Below, piece by piece: positions 1 to 9,164 of a stretch of DNA of 54,076 nucleotides. Location of the stretch: assembly GCA_049623485.1 (NCBI GenBank), contig JBMZTB010000003.1, positions 1-54,076 on the forward strand, given 5' to 3'. The notes below the pieces were generated by a model. It made no database searches, had not been told where the DNA came from, and saw nothing but the letters and a program-made list of their open reading frames with translations. Numbering within the stretch: position 1 is the stretch's first letter; the number at the start of each line of letters is the position of its first letter. Source of the stretch: Candidatus Poseidoniaceae archaeon (lineage in GTDB: Archaea; Thermoplasmatota; Poseidoniia; Poseidoniales; Poseidoniaceae). Position numbers and translations under genes: made by a program.

Positions 1-52
1 ATCATGCAGGATTGTCATTCCTGCGACCCGGGTTCAATTCCCGGAGTGGGCG
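1..52 (+). tRNA. tRNA-Asp (anticodon GTC), 3' portion only; the 5' part lies off the window
   Basis: Anticodon stem CAGGA(7-11)/TCCTG(19-23) encloses the 7-nt loop TTGTCAT (12-18), with GTC at positions 34-36, U33 and A37. T-arm is CCGGG(28-32)-TTCAATT-CCCGG(40-44). The 7-nt acceptor 3' strand AGTGGGC (45-51) is followed by discriminator G52. CCA is not encoded (CCT follows). Confidence 0.75.
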
Positions 53-212
53 CCTACTCTTCACGATGATGTGTCGTTACTGTGCCACAAACGCGGCACC
101 AAACCTTAATTCCATCTTTACGAGGAGTGATTCCAGCGATGTCAATACTTGCACCACATTGGCATTGGACGACGTTGCGCATGACCACTCCAACCATTGC
201 CTGTTCATCAAT

Positions 213-1310
213 TCAGCGATTGGATTTACTGGATAATACGCATTCATAACGCACCATTGATTTAGTCGCAGAAAAACCTTTCACGATATCGAGTTGATCG
301 GATTCAACGTCACGATTCCCTGCCTGAAGGATTGCTTTGAGCGCATCCATGAAGGCTTCTGTTCCACTCTTTTCGATAATTGACCAACCGCATAGCAATG
401 CTTGTCCGTTTGATAAAAGTGGAAGAAGATCTGGCAAATGCTCGATTCCATCATGTGGTAAATTTACCAGAAGAACATCTGCCATGTTTCGTGTTTCTGG
501 CAGTGACGATGCCAGTAATCTTGCGTCCATCGTCTCAACAACATAGGTGCCATTTACATTCCTTTTTTTGTCAAATGCCTGCATATTTGTTTCCAATAAA
601 TCTCGGGTGTTAGGGTTCATATCGTTAACAAATGCGTGATTGATCAGGGTAGAATCAGTGTATAGATAGGCCATTGATGGCCCAACCCCTGCATATGGAT
701 CAAACACAGTTAATGGGCGTTGAAATCTTTCTCTAAACTTCAAAATCGCTTTATGTGTCTTCCTACGTTGCTCACTCAAGCGTCCAGAAAAATATGTTTT
801 AGAAGGGTCTACATGGATAAAAAAGCCATGCTCTTTGATTCGCGTCTGTGTTGTCATTGAACCATCTCTCGATTCAAGAACACGTAAATTGCGAATTCTA
901 AATTCACCATCAACGCCTTCATCATGGCAGATAATACGTACATTCGGATATTGTTTGAGCATCGCTTGAGCGAGTTCAATCTCAATGTTTTCAAGCTCTT
1001 CTGGAATCTTGATGAGAAGAACATCGCCTTGTATTTCATAGGACTGTGGGAATTTTTTTACGTCGGAGTCAAGGAGACTTGGAGGCAGATGCTCTGTCCA
1101 ATGCTGTGTTTTCTTCAAGGTCCCAACTTCTTCGGTAATGATGTATTCATCCCAAACAGGATCTCCGTTCTGCGGAGCAGATTCGTTGAGGGGTATGCCG
1201 CGTTCCTCGCCGAGAGGGAGAACTCCTGAACCGTGTTCATACCAATTGTTTTCTTTGCATCGTTCGACCCAAAATGCCGTTTTAGCACTCGGCACCCTCA
1301 AATGACGCAT
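213..1310 (-). CDS. trm5: tRNA (guanine37-N1)-methyltransferase, Trm5 / Met-10+ family
   Basis: SAM-methyltransferase core 'VFDPYAGVGPSM' and 'LLVNLPHDG' (NLP-type loop), typical of archaeal Trm5/Taw22. The ORF track gives 213..1400. I moved the start to the ATG at 1310 (MRHLRV...) because the 1400 start would overlap the divergent dph5 start. Confidence 0.8.
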   Translation of the reverse strand: MRHLRVPSAKTAFWVERCKENNWYEHGSGVLPLGEERGIPLNESAPQNGDPVWDEYIITEEVGTLKKTQHWTEHLPPSLLDSDVKKFPQSYEIQGDVLLIKIPEELENIEIELAQAMLKQYPNVRIICHDEGVDGEFRIRNLRVLESRDGSMTTQTRIKEHGFFIHVDPSKTYFSGRLSEQRRKTHKAILKFRERFQRPLTVFDPYAGVGPSMAYLYTDSTLINHAFVNDMNPNTRDLLETNMQAFDKKRNVNGTYVVETMDARLLASSLPETRNMADVLLVNLPHDGIEHLPDLLPLLSNGQALLCGWSIIEKSGTEAFMDALKAILQAGNRDVESDQLDIVKGFSATKSMVRYECVLSSKSNR

Positions 1311-1347
1311 GTTCTTCGCTAACCTGTCGCAAGTATGAGGTTTGAGG

Positions 1348-2166
1348 ATGGCAGATGACAAAAAGTCGGGTTTAGCGCTGATAGGAATCGGCCCTGGCAA
1401 GGTTTCATCGATGACTCTTGAGGCTGTTGAATTGGCTCGCCATGCAGATGTTCGTCTTTATGAAGCCTATACGGCACTATGGTCGGAAGAGGCTTTAGAT
1501 GAATTAGAATCTGAAATTGGTTCAATCCAACGAGTTATGCGGCCAACCATTGAGCAGCCTGAAGACTTGCTTGAAATGGCAAGAACCCAAAATGTGGCGG
1601 TTCTCGTCGTTGGAGACCCGATGCAGGCAACCACGCATATCGATCTTCAGCTTCGAGCGGAACGTGCTGGCATTCCAGTTCATGTTGTTCACGGCATTTC
1701 GATTACGACACTTGTCCCTGGAGCTACTGGTGTTTCAAATTACAAGTTTGGTCGCTCGACAACCCTCACCTATCCATATGGCGAATGGATTGCAACATCT
1801 CCACTTGAAGTGATGGTGCAAAATTATTCACAAAAATTGCACACGCTCGTTCTCTTTGATCTTGACCCAAGCGGGGCAGGTACTGGCGATCAGCGGCCAA
1901 TGAAAGCTTCTGATGCTGCTGAAAGTATTGCAAAGATGGTTGCTAAGTATGAAGAAATGGAACTCGCTCAGGAACAAACCGAAATAATCGAAATAATCGA
2001 CACACTCGAAGTCGTATTATGCAGTGATTTAGGAACTGATGACCAACGCCTTCAAACCACAACAATTGGAAATCTCGGTACCAAAAGCAGCGGGAGATTG
2101 AATTGTATGGTCCTGTTAGCCAACCTGTCCGAGATTGAGCGCGAAGCAGTAAATCGATGGAAGTGA
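1348..2166 (+). CDS. dph5: Diphthine synthase (diphthamide biosynthesis methyltransferase)
   Basis: 'GLALIGIGPG', 'VLVVGDPMQATTH' and the tetrapyrrole-methylase fold pattern typical of Dph5/DphB. The ORF-track start at 1342 is TTG; the ATG at 1348 (MADDKK) is preferred. Confidence 0.88.
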   Translation: MADDKKSGLALIGIGPGKVSSMTLEAVELARHADVRLYEAYTALWSEEALDELESEIGSIQRVMRPTIEQPEDLLEMARTQNVAVLVVGDPMQATTHIDLQLRAERAGIPVHVVHGISITTLVPGATGVSNYKFGRSTTLTYPYGEWIATSPLEVMVQNYSQKLHTLVLFDLDPSGAGTGDQRPMKASDAAESIAKMVAKYEEMELAQEQTEIIEIIDTLEVVLCSDLGTDDQRLQTTTIGNLGTKSSGRLNCMVLLANLSEIEREAVNRWK

Positions 2167-4259
2167 TTCATATGAGCAGTGAAGTTGGAATTCTTGTCTC
2201 GTTTTTAATTTTCTTGGGTTTCTTTGCAGCAGTTGGCCTTGCCAGTATGCGTGTCAAACAGGATACTACAGATGACTATTTGGTTGCAGGTCGCGGAATG
2301 CATCCAGCCCTGGCAGCACTTTCAGCAGTAAGCACTTGGAATTCCGGATACATGTTCATTGGATTCATTGGATTTACCTATGCAATGGGATACTCAGTCA
2401 TTTGGATCGGTTTATTTTCAACGATTGGGCAATTGGTTGCATGGGCTTGGTTGTACAAATTCATTCAGAAAGAAGGGAGTGAACGTGGTGTCCGATCCTT
2501 GTCCTCACTCGTTGCTGAGAAGGCTGGAGCGCCTGAAGCGAAACTCGCTGCAGTACTTTCAGTGTTCTTCCTCTGCATCTATGCTGCAGCCCAACTAACC
2601 GCAGGCGGAAAAGCGTTGTTTGTTATGATGGGTTGGGATGAATTGATTGGAATTCTCATCGGATTTGTTCTGGTTGTAGCCTACTGTTACGCCGGTGGAA
2701 TCCGGGCATCGATTTGGACCGATGCTGCTCAATCTTGTGTCATGATTGTTGGATCTACAATCCTATGTTTCATTGCCATTGGAGAAGTTGGTGGATTTTC
2801 AGGACTTAATGATGGATTGGCTTCTCAGAGTTCGAATCTAACGAACATTCTTCCACCGGATTTGTCCTTCGGCATTAGCCTCTATGTCCTCGCTTTCTTC
2901 CTTGGAGGATTGGGGGTTGCAGGCCAACCCCAAGTCGTATCTCGTGTCATGACACTCGATTCTGACGAAGATCGCAAGAAGGCTATGATCTGGTTCTTCG
3001 TTTGGCAAACTCCTTTCATTCTCATCATGCTCATTATTGGACTGGCGAGCCGAGTCTTATTCACAGCAGCAGAATATGATGCTGAATTGAGCCTCCCCCA
3101 GATGGCAATGGAAACCATGCCTGCAATCGGTATTGGGATGATACTCGCATCGATTTTCGCTGCTACAATGTCCACTGCGGACAGCCAAGTCTTGGCTTGT
3201 ACTGCAGCAATAACTGATGACATCAAACCTGAATGGAATCAAAATCACAAGAGAACAAAGCAAGTGACGCTCGTTGTTGCAGCATTCGCAACTGCAATCT
3301 CAATAATTGGATTGTATATCCCCGGAGGAGATTCAGTCTTCACCCTCGTCGTTCTTGCAGTCTATGGGCTTGGAGGCGTATTCGTTCCGCTTTTGATTCT
3401 GCGCTGGAGTGGATACAAACCTGATTCAACTCACTCCATCGTAATGATGATCTCTGCATTTGCAGGTGTCATTATTTGGGGTATTCTTGGATTTGGAGAG
3501 GACGTCTTCCCGTCCGTTCCTGGAATGGGGGCTGCCTTCCTTATGCACTTCCTCATGTGTGCCTTTAGAGAGAACTCAGATTCCAACTCGTTGGGTCGGT
3601 TTGAGATTCCTGAGGCTCGAAAGAAGCAAGTCGTTGGATATTGTATCGCGATTCTCTTCGTTGGGGTCATCGCCGAAGGTGGGTATGCAGTTTATGCTCC
3701 TGAAGCAATTCCTTCTAACACCGATAAGGGTGAAATTGGAGTGTATACGATCAACGGAAACATTACCTATCACGAAATTGGTTCTGGTGAAGAATACATC
3801 AATGATGGCGAGATGATTACCATCGAGGCAAATTCAGAAAATGAAAATCTAAACGATTTGAATATAGTAGGATTCAGAGTTACCTCGTCGCACGTCGATG
3901 ACGAGCCGAATGGGAATCCGTTAACATGCGCTGGTGTTTCCAATGAGGATGATTTGGTTTCTGTATCTGGCGGCATTGGCATGAATGTTTCATCGAATTC
4001 AGGAACAGAATCCCCCCTCTTGACATATGGAATTTTCATACCCGATGTTCTCAACCAAACGTTGACACTTTCAATTGCGGAAATTGAAGACCTCTTAGAT
4101 GCCGGTTCCACTGGATTTGGAGAGTATTCATTCGATGTTGAGGTCAATACAAATGCTGGTTCTCGCCCAGGCTGTAACAAGCAAGATGAGGGTGAACAAA
4201 TCGATTGGACCATCGAACTCATCTCGCTTGAGTATCAAATCAATGAAGTCATAGCGTGA
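2157..4259 (+). CDS. Sodium:solute symporter (SSS) family transporter with a 186-aa C-terminal non-membrane extension
   Basis: About 13 hydrophobic helices span the first ~510 aa. SSS-like segments are 'DDYLVAGRGMHP' and 'YAGGIRASIWTDAAQ'. An alternative ATG at 2172 (MSSEVG) lies just after the dph5 stop. The tail from nt 3699 has no TM segment. Confidence 0.8.
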   Translation: MEVIHMSSEVGILVSFLIFLGFFAAVGLASMRVKQDTTDDYLVAGRGMHPALAALSAVSTWNSGYMFIGFIGFTYAMGYSVIWIGLFSTIGQLVAWAWLYKFIQKEGSERGVRSLSSLVAEKAGAPEAKLAAVLSVFFLCIYAAAQLTAGGKALFVMMGWDELIGILIGFVLVVAYCYAGGIRASIWTDAAQSCVMIVGSTILCFIAIGEVGGFSGLNDGLASQSSNLTNILPPDLSFGISLYVLAFFLGGLGVAGQPQVVSRVMTLDSDEDRKKAMIWFFVWQTPFILIMLIIGLASRVLFTAAEYDAELSLPQMAMETMPAIGIGMILASIFAATMSTADSQVLACTAAITDDIKPEWNQNHKRTKQVTLVVAAFATAISIIGLYIPGGDSVFTLVVLAVYGLGGVFVPLLILRWSGYKPDSTHSIVMMISAFAGVIIWGILGFGEDVFPSVPGMGAAFLMHFLMCAFRENSDSNSLGRFEIPEARKKQVVGYCIAILFVGVIAEGGYAVYAPEAIPSNTDKGEIGVYTINGNITYHEIGSGEEYINDGEMITIEANSENENLNDLNIVGFRVTSSHVDDEPNGNPLTCAGVSNEDDLVSVSGGIGMNVSSNSGTESPLLTYGIFIPDVLNQTLTLSIAEIEDLLDAGSTGFGEYSFDVEVNTNAGSRPGCNKQDEGEQIDWTIELISLEYQINEVIA

Positions 4260-5088
4260 TTTTTTGACCTTCGTTGGCAACGTTCCATCCAAGATCTCTA
4301 ATCTGTTGATGCTCATTATTATCTGTTGAGTAGGCTGGATTTGTGTGGTTGAGATGAGTAAAATAAATCTCAGGATCTCCACCTTGCTTTTTCCCTAGTC
4401 GTGAAAGGGACTCCTGTATTGTAGGATGAGGGACAACCGACATATCCCTCCCTTGAAGTTCATCACCAGACCAAAATGTTCCATCAAGCAGTGCGTGAGT
4501 GACTTGAAGATTGATGAGCCATTCTCGAATTGAAGATGCGCCATGTGCAGAAAGGGTTTGGTCCCATGAATCATGGTCTGGTAAGAAAAGTACTGCTTGC
4601 TCCTTTCCTCGAAGAACAAAAGCATGCATATCAGAAAGTTCAGCTCTATGTGGAATTTCAATTGATTCAATAACAACATCATCAATCTCAACGCTCCCAA
4701 TTTCCCTCAAATCAAACACTCCTTGTTCTAACAACAAGGCCCATGCCGGAGTGGATTTGATGAGATTGTGCATCGATGGACTGCTGTGCAAAGGTATGCC
4801 TCTGGCACTCATTGTTTCCCTACCGAATAGCCCCAATCCATCGACATGGCCAAGATGAGCATGTGTTAGAAACAAATGGTCGATTGTTGATTCTCCAAAA
4901 ATCTTGAGTTGTCGGCCGAGATCTCTGGTTGCTTCAATCAGAATTTTTGTTCCGTTTTCTGTTTTGATGCCGAGTGAGACTGGGCTGCAATAATCTGCTG
5001 CGGATAGTTCGCTACAACATGCCCGTTGACAGCCGGGTTGTGGCCTGCCGCCATCTTGAGCAATTCCCAAAACTGTGAGGGTCCCCAT
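4249..5088 (-). CDS. MBL-fold metallo-hydrolase, PqqB-like
   Basis: N-terminus 'LTVLGIAQDGGRPQPGCQRACC' resembles the PqqB N-terminal Cys-rich motif. 'FLTHAHLGHVDG' is the HxHxxH/D metallo-beta-lactamase motif. Start set at the ATG at 5088 (MGTLTVLG) rather than 5190. Confidence 0.7.
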   Translation of the reverse strand: MGTLTVLGIAQDGGRPQPGCQRACCSELSAADYCSPVSLGIKTENGTKILIEATRDLGRQLKIFGESTIDHLFLTHAHLGHVDGLGLFGRETMSARGIPLHSSPSMHNLIKSTPAWALLLEQGVFDLREIGSVEIDDVVIESIEIPHRAELSDMHAFVLRGKEQAVLFLPDHDSWDQTLSAHGASSIREWLINLQVTHALLDGTFWSGDELQGRDMSVVPHPTIQESLSRLGKKQGGDPEIYFTHLNHTNPAYSTDNNEHQQIRDLGWNVANEGQKITL

Positions 5089-5182
5089 GCTAACAAAATG
5101 CCGTTGGACTCCTACATGATAGAGATATATGCGAAGGGAAGACCTCAAGCGAGACCCCTTGTTGGGTTGGATTGGGGAGAAT

Positions 5183-6928
5183 ATGGCCAAACCAGCACAA
5201 GTTACCTTCCCCGGTCAAAAACAACGGATGCGAATGCGCGGCACGAAGCATGCAAATGATGCTACTGCAAAGCGCCTGAGCCGTCAATTGAGACTGTTGC
5301 TCGAAGACCCTGATGCTTGTCTTCCAACAATGACTTGGAAAGGAAGATTAAGTTGGGGGCGAAAAGATCCTGTCTCAAAAACCTTGAAAGATTTGAAGAA
5401 GATTGTTGCCAATAAGGACAACACTTCATGGCTTTCAAAACGAATGCTTGCAAAGAGGGGAGATCCTGTTGGTAAGGCTCTAGCAGGTTCTCTTCACGCT
5501 GCTCATGATTCAGACATCACGATAGTTGGAAATTTTAAATCTCCTAATTTTGGAACTGGTTCATTCATTCGAAGAGGAGATGGAAAGCAGGGGTATCTCG
5601 CAGGATTACAGAACCATCACAATCTCACTCTTCGCCTCCTACCTTGGGAAGATCATGCTCGAAAAGGAATGTACTTCTTCTCATGGGAAGGTGGTTTCGT
5701 CTGTACTGGGCCAAATCCAACCCCTCCTCCTGGATGGCTCGAAGATGTTCTCGAACGTTCTCGATTTGATTTTAAGCATGAACTCGTCGAAGGAATCGAT
5801 GTCTTTGTTACTGGAGATATCGCTCCAAGTGATGTCCTAAACAGCATTCCATCCAATGAGGGATGGGTTCGCCTAACGTTCAAACATGGACCTATTGTTG
5901 GAATCGATCTTCAATCATTGCGAGCAACTGGTGAGAAAGAGAGTGCGTTTGTCCATCATCTTGCCCTATCAATGCTCCCTCCACTCTTGACCTCAATTGT
6001 TGATATTGATGCGATGTGGATTCCTATGGGATGGAATCCTGAAAACGAACTCCCTGATAGCGCACTGGAAGGGTTAGGGAAGATTGTTTCTGGCTGGCAT
6101 GGCCTTACCGTTCCTGAAGGAAGTTTGAGTATGGCTTGCCAACGTGCAGTCCTTGATTCATTGGATTCTGGATTGCTTATGGGTTCATCCTGGTGCGAAG
6201 GTTCTTCGATTGAAGAAATTCTTACAGCCCTATCTGAAATGACGGGTGCTGATGATGAGAAAACATTGGCTGCGGGCGTGTTTCTTCATGCTATGCAAGA
6301 GTCAAGCGAAGGTGTGCGAATTGATTCGCGCGGAGGACTTCGTGAACGTGATGGGAAGATCATTGAGGTAATGGAAGGTGCAAGTCTGAGCGACGCTGTC
6401 AATGCTTTGTGGGAAGAAAATGGCCTTGCGGGTCTCGACCACATAGGCATACATGGAGACGAAGCGGAAATCATTTGGAAACAGCAACTGAAAAAGCCAA
6501 AACCTCTCAAGAACTTCCTCAAGAGCCTAGGAACCGCCCGAGAGAAAGCCCAGAAGAAAGCTAAATTTCCATTCAGTAAAGAACAGATTTCTGGACCAAC
6601 TGGTTCAATCCATGACTTGATTTTGACTGGATTGTTGGAAGGTCCTGGAATTGCAGAACGTATTGCAACTTCACGCCATGATGGCATCGATGAATCTGCT
6701 GCTGGATGGTCATGGTTGTGTGCTGCAGGGCGTTCAAGTGGCCAGGATTGGCACTTTGAATCTCTTGCAAGAGACCGAGGTGGGGCTTGGATGGCAGCAA
6801 CGAAAGTTTTGCTTAACGCAGGAAAGAACCTTCTCGATTCAGAACATAATGACCAAACCGAATTTATTGATGCATTGAACAATTTGCATACTGCTACTGG
6901 ACAACAGCAGCCTTTACCTTCACTGTGA
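5183..6928 (+). CDS. Hypothetical protein (~581 aa), no recognisable domain
   Basis: Long uninterrupted ORF with normal composition, a basic N-terminus (KQRMRMRGTKH...) and no TM segments. Start ATG at 5183 follows GGGGAGA and a TATA-like 'GATATATG' at ~5124-5131. The ORF-track start at 5129 is also an ATG. Confidence 0.6.
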   Translation: MAKPAQVTFPGQKQRMRMRGTKHANDATAKRLSRQLRLLLEDPDACLPTMTWKGRLSWGRKDPVSKTLKDLKKIVANKDNTSWLSKRMLAKRGDPVGKALAGSLHAAHDSDITIVGNFKSPNFGTGSFIRRGDGKQGYLAGLQNHHNLTLRLLPWEDHARKGMYFFSWEGGFVCTGPNPTPPPGWLEDVLERSRFDFKHELVEGIDVFVTGDIAPSDVLNSIPSNEGWVRLTFKHGPIVGIDLQSLRATGEKESAFVHHLALSMLPPLLTSIVDIDAMWIPMGWNPENELPDSALEGLGKIVSGWHGLTVPEGSLSMACQRAVLDSLDSGLLMGSSWCEGSSIEEILTALSEMTGADDEKTLAAGVFLHAMQESSEGVRIDSRGGLRERDGKIIEVMEGASLSDAVNALWEENGLAGLDHIGIHGDEAEIIWKQQLKKPKPLKNFLKSLGTAREKAQKKAKFPFSKEQISGPTGSIHDLILTGLLEGPGIAERIATSRHDGIDESAAGWSWLCAAGRSSGQDWHFESLARDRGGAWMAATKVLLNAGKNLLDSEHNDQTEFIDALNNLHTATGQQQPLPSL

Positions 6929-8092
6929 AAGTGCTTGATTCAGGTCGTTCCAAAGATCTTCAACATCTTCGATTCCGACGCTAATTCGAACATAACCTGG
7001 CTCAATTCCAGCAGCGATTCGAACATCTACTGGAACGGCCATATGGCTTGATGTTGCTGGAACTTCAATGAGAGATTCGACACCTCCCAACGACGTTGCT
7101 TCATAGAAGAGTTTCAATCTTGACATGAAATCCATAGCGCCTTCATCGCCTCCCGAAACAACAATCCCGAGCATTCCGCAGCCCTTCGGCACAACTCTTT
7201 GAGCGACATCATACTCTGAATGAGATGGCAGTGAAACGTGTTGGACACGCACAACCATTGGGTGATTGTCAAGTCGTTGTGCAAGCGTGGCTGCATTGGA
7301 TGTGAGCAATGGCATGCGAGCATGAAGAGTTCGCATTCCGCGTTCTAGAAGATAGCAGTTGTGAGGATCTGGAGACCCTCCAAAGTGAACTCTTCCCTTG
7401 AAGATTTTCGCAATCAATTCCTTTGAGCCAACAACTGCACCACCGATTAAATCAGAATGTCCACCTAGGTATTTTGTGGTCGAGTGAATAACCAAATCTA
7501 CGCCCATTGCAATTGGCTTACAAGCCCAAGGCGAAGCGAATGTATTGTCAATGATGACAAGGAGATTGTGTCTTTTTCCGATTTCAACCATTGCTGGAAT
7601 ATCACAGACTTTGAGGTTTGGATTTGTAATCGTCTCGATGTACAGAATTTTCGTGTTCGGTTGAATTGCTGCCTCGTACGATGACGGATCGGTCATATCG
7701 GCCATGGTTGTTTCAATACCGAAACGAGGGAGTTCTTCTGTGATCAACCCATAGGTTCCCCCATAAACATCGGGAGATGCCACCATATGGTCCCCTTGGC
7801 TCAAGAGCATCATCAATGTAGAGGATATTGCAGCCATGCCGCTTGCAAAGGTTTCTGCATCCTCTCCGCCTTCCATTGCACATATTTTTTGAGCAACTGC
7901 ATCAGAATTGACAGAGGATATACGCGAATAAAGAAGCGTATGTTGAGCTCCTGCTGCCCACCCTGCATAGCGCTCTTCTGTCAGTTTGTATGTTGAAGAA
8001 AGAAAAATCGGGGTGTTGACTGATTCACCGACGTGATTCGTCCCTGCGTGCACGTTTTTAGTTCCGTCTTGGTGATGTTGGTTGTCGCCCAT
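6920..8092 (-). CDS. PLP-dependent Cys/Met-metabolism enzyme (cystathionine gamma-synthase / gamma-lyase / O-acylhomoserine sulfhydrylase family)
   Basis: Signature 'VIHSTTKYLGGHSDLIGG' with the PLP lysine; 'DNTFASP'; size 390 aa. Confidence 0.85.
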   Translation of the reverse strand: MGDNQHHQDGTKNVHAGTNHVGESVNTPIFLSSTYKLTEERYAGWAAGAQHTLLYSRISSVNSDAVAQKICAMEGGEDAETFASGMAAISSTLMMLLSQGDHMVASPDVYGGTYGLITEELPRFGIETTMADMTDPSSYEAAIQPNTKILYIETITNPNLKVCDIPAMVEIGKRHNLLVIIDNTFASPWACKPIAMGVDLVIHSTTKYLGGHSDLIGGAVVGSKELIAKIFKGRVHFGGSPDPHNCYLLERGMRTLHARMPLLTSNAATLAQRLDNHPMVVRVQHVSLPSHSEYDVAQRVVPKGCGMLGIVVSGGDEGAMDFMSRLKLFYEATSLGGVESLIEVPATSSHMAVPVDVRIAAGIEPGYVRISVGIEDVEDLWNDLNQALSQ

Positions 8093-8154
8093 GTTTCAGC
8101 CCAACTCCAACGAGTTGCCTCCAGCCCTTCAACGATGTGGAAGATTTTGATGGG

Positions 8155-9084
8155 TTATTCTTCCTCTTTTGGAGGAGATTGTCGTAATTCCACAAGAATA
8201 TTGCCCAAAAGAAGCGCAGATCCTCCTATAGCAATCCAACCAGTCCAATCTGTTAGACCTAGGCCAAGTGCAAACATTGTAGCCCAAACGGGTTCAAGAC
8301 CATAGATAATTGCAGCCTGAACAGGGTGCAAATATCGTTGCAATAAGTTAAGCAACAAGAGAGCAAAAAGGGAACCGAGCAGTCCTAAGCAAAGAAGAGG
8401 AAAAAGAACATCTTGCTGAAGCGTTAATTCCCAAAGTCTGAATGCGTCCCTTCCACCCATTAGCAATGAAATTGCTAAACTTCCAATGCTGACAACAAGG
8501 AAAGAGGTTATGGTAACGCCCATTGGATCCATTCGTTGTGTGATCGATTGGGTAAAAATGATGTGAAGTGCGAAAAAGAATGCGCAGATGACGGTTAATA
8601 TCTCTCCCTTCCCCCATGATAAGTGGGGAGGGCCCTCGATAAAGCCTGCACCGAATGTCGCTAAAAGGACGCCTGCAATCATCATCCGAGTGACAGGCTG
8701 GCCTGTCATTTTGGTTGAAATCATCGCCGTAAACACGACATAAAGAGAGGTCAAAAAGGCAGACGTGGATGGCGTAATCGTATCGATTCCAACCATCTGA
8801 GTCGTGAAACCGACAAGAAGAATCAGGCCGAGGACTGTCCCTCCACTCCACAATTCCCTTTCTCTAAGTGCAGATCTGGCTCTTGAAGAGCCGATAAAAA
8901 GTGCAACTGCTGCAATCAGGAAACGCCCGCCAACAAGAACAGATACGACTGCAGTTTGACCATAAAAATCGATTTCATGTTGCAAAGCATTCATGGCTTG
9001 TTTCATCCAAATGAATGTCGCTCCCCAAACGATGGTTACGACCAACAGGCCCCATACCGCTTGACGTCGCGTCACGGTCTGCAT
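8155..9084 (-). CDS. EamA / DMT-superfamily transporter
   Basis: About 10 hydrophobic helices in two similar halves; N-terminal 'VTIVWGATFIWMK' is typical of EamA domains. Confidence 0.7.
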   Translation of the reverse strand: MQTVTRRQAVWGLLVVTIVWGATFIWMKQAMNALQHEIDFYGQTAVVSVLVGGRFLIAAVALFIGSSRARSALRERELWSGGTVLGLILLVGFTTQMVGIDTITPSTSAFLTSLYVVFTAMISTKMTGQPVTRMMIAGVLLATFGAGFIEGPPHLSWGKGEILTVICAFFFALHIIFTQSITQRMDPMGVTITSFLVVSIGSLAISLLMGGRDAFRLWELTLQQDVLFPLLCLGLLGSLFALLLLNLLQRYLHPVQAAIIYGLEPVWATMFALGLGLTDWTGWIAIGGSALLLGNILVELRQSPPKEEE

Positions 9085-9164
9085 AAAGCACGATGTTCAC
9101 CCAAAGCGCATAGTGATGATGGTGTCGTAAGAAGCCTCAAAGAGCATCGTGAAGTCCAGCAACC

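Noticed and set aside
12-236. 74-aa ORF at the left edge
   Set aside because: It overlaps the tRNA-Asp 3' half and runs into the Trm5 gene's 3' end. It has an odd composition and no motif, so it is almost certainly spurious.
1-1400. tRNA gene as the boundary of an integrated element or genomic island
   Set aside because: There is no integrase, no direct repeat of the tRNA 3' end and no mobile-element gene downstream. The neighbours (Trm5, diphthine synthase) are housekeeping genes.
1311-1400. Longer N-terminal extensions of the Trm5 ORF (to 1400) and the PqqB-like ORF (5089-5190)
   Set aside because: Both extensions would overlap the start of the divergent neighbouring gene. In-frame ATGs at 1310 and 5088 give N-termini that match the family pattern.
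6286-6882. 198-aa ORF antisense to the 599-aa hypothetical gene; similar antisense ORFs at 3770-4222, 42456-42878 and 30719-31114
   Set aside because: These are shadow ORFs inside well-supported genes on the other strand. They have Ser/Arg/Pro-biased, low-complexity translations and no motifs.
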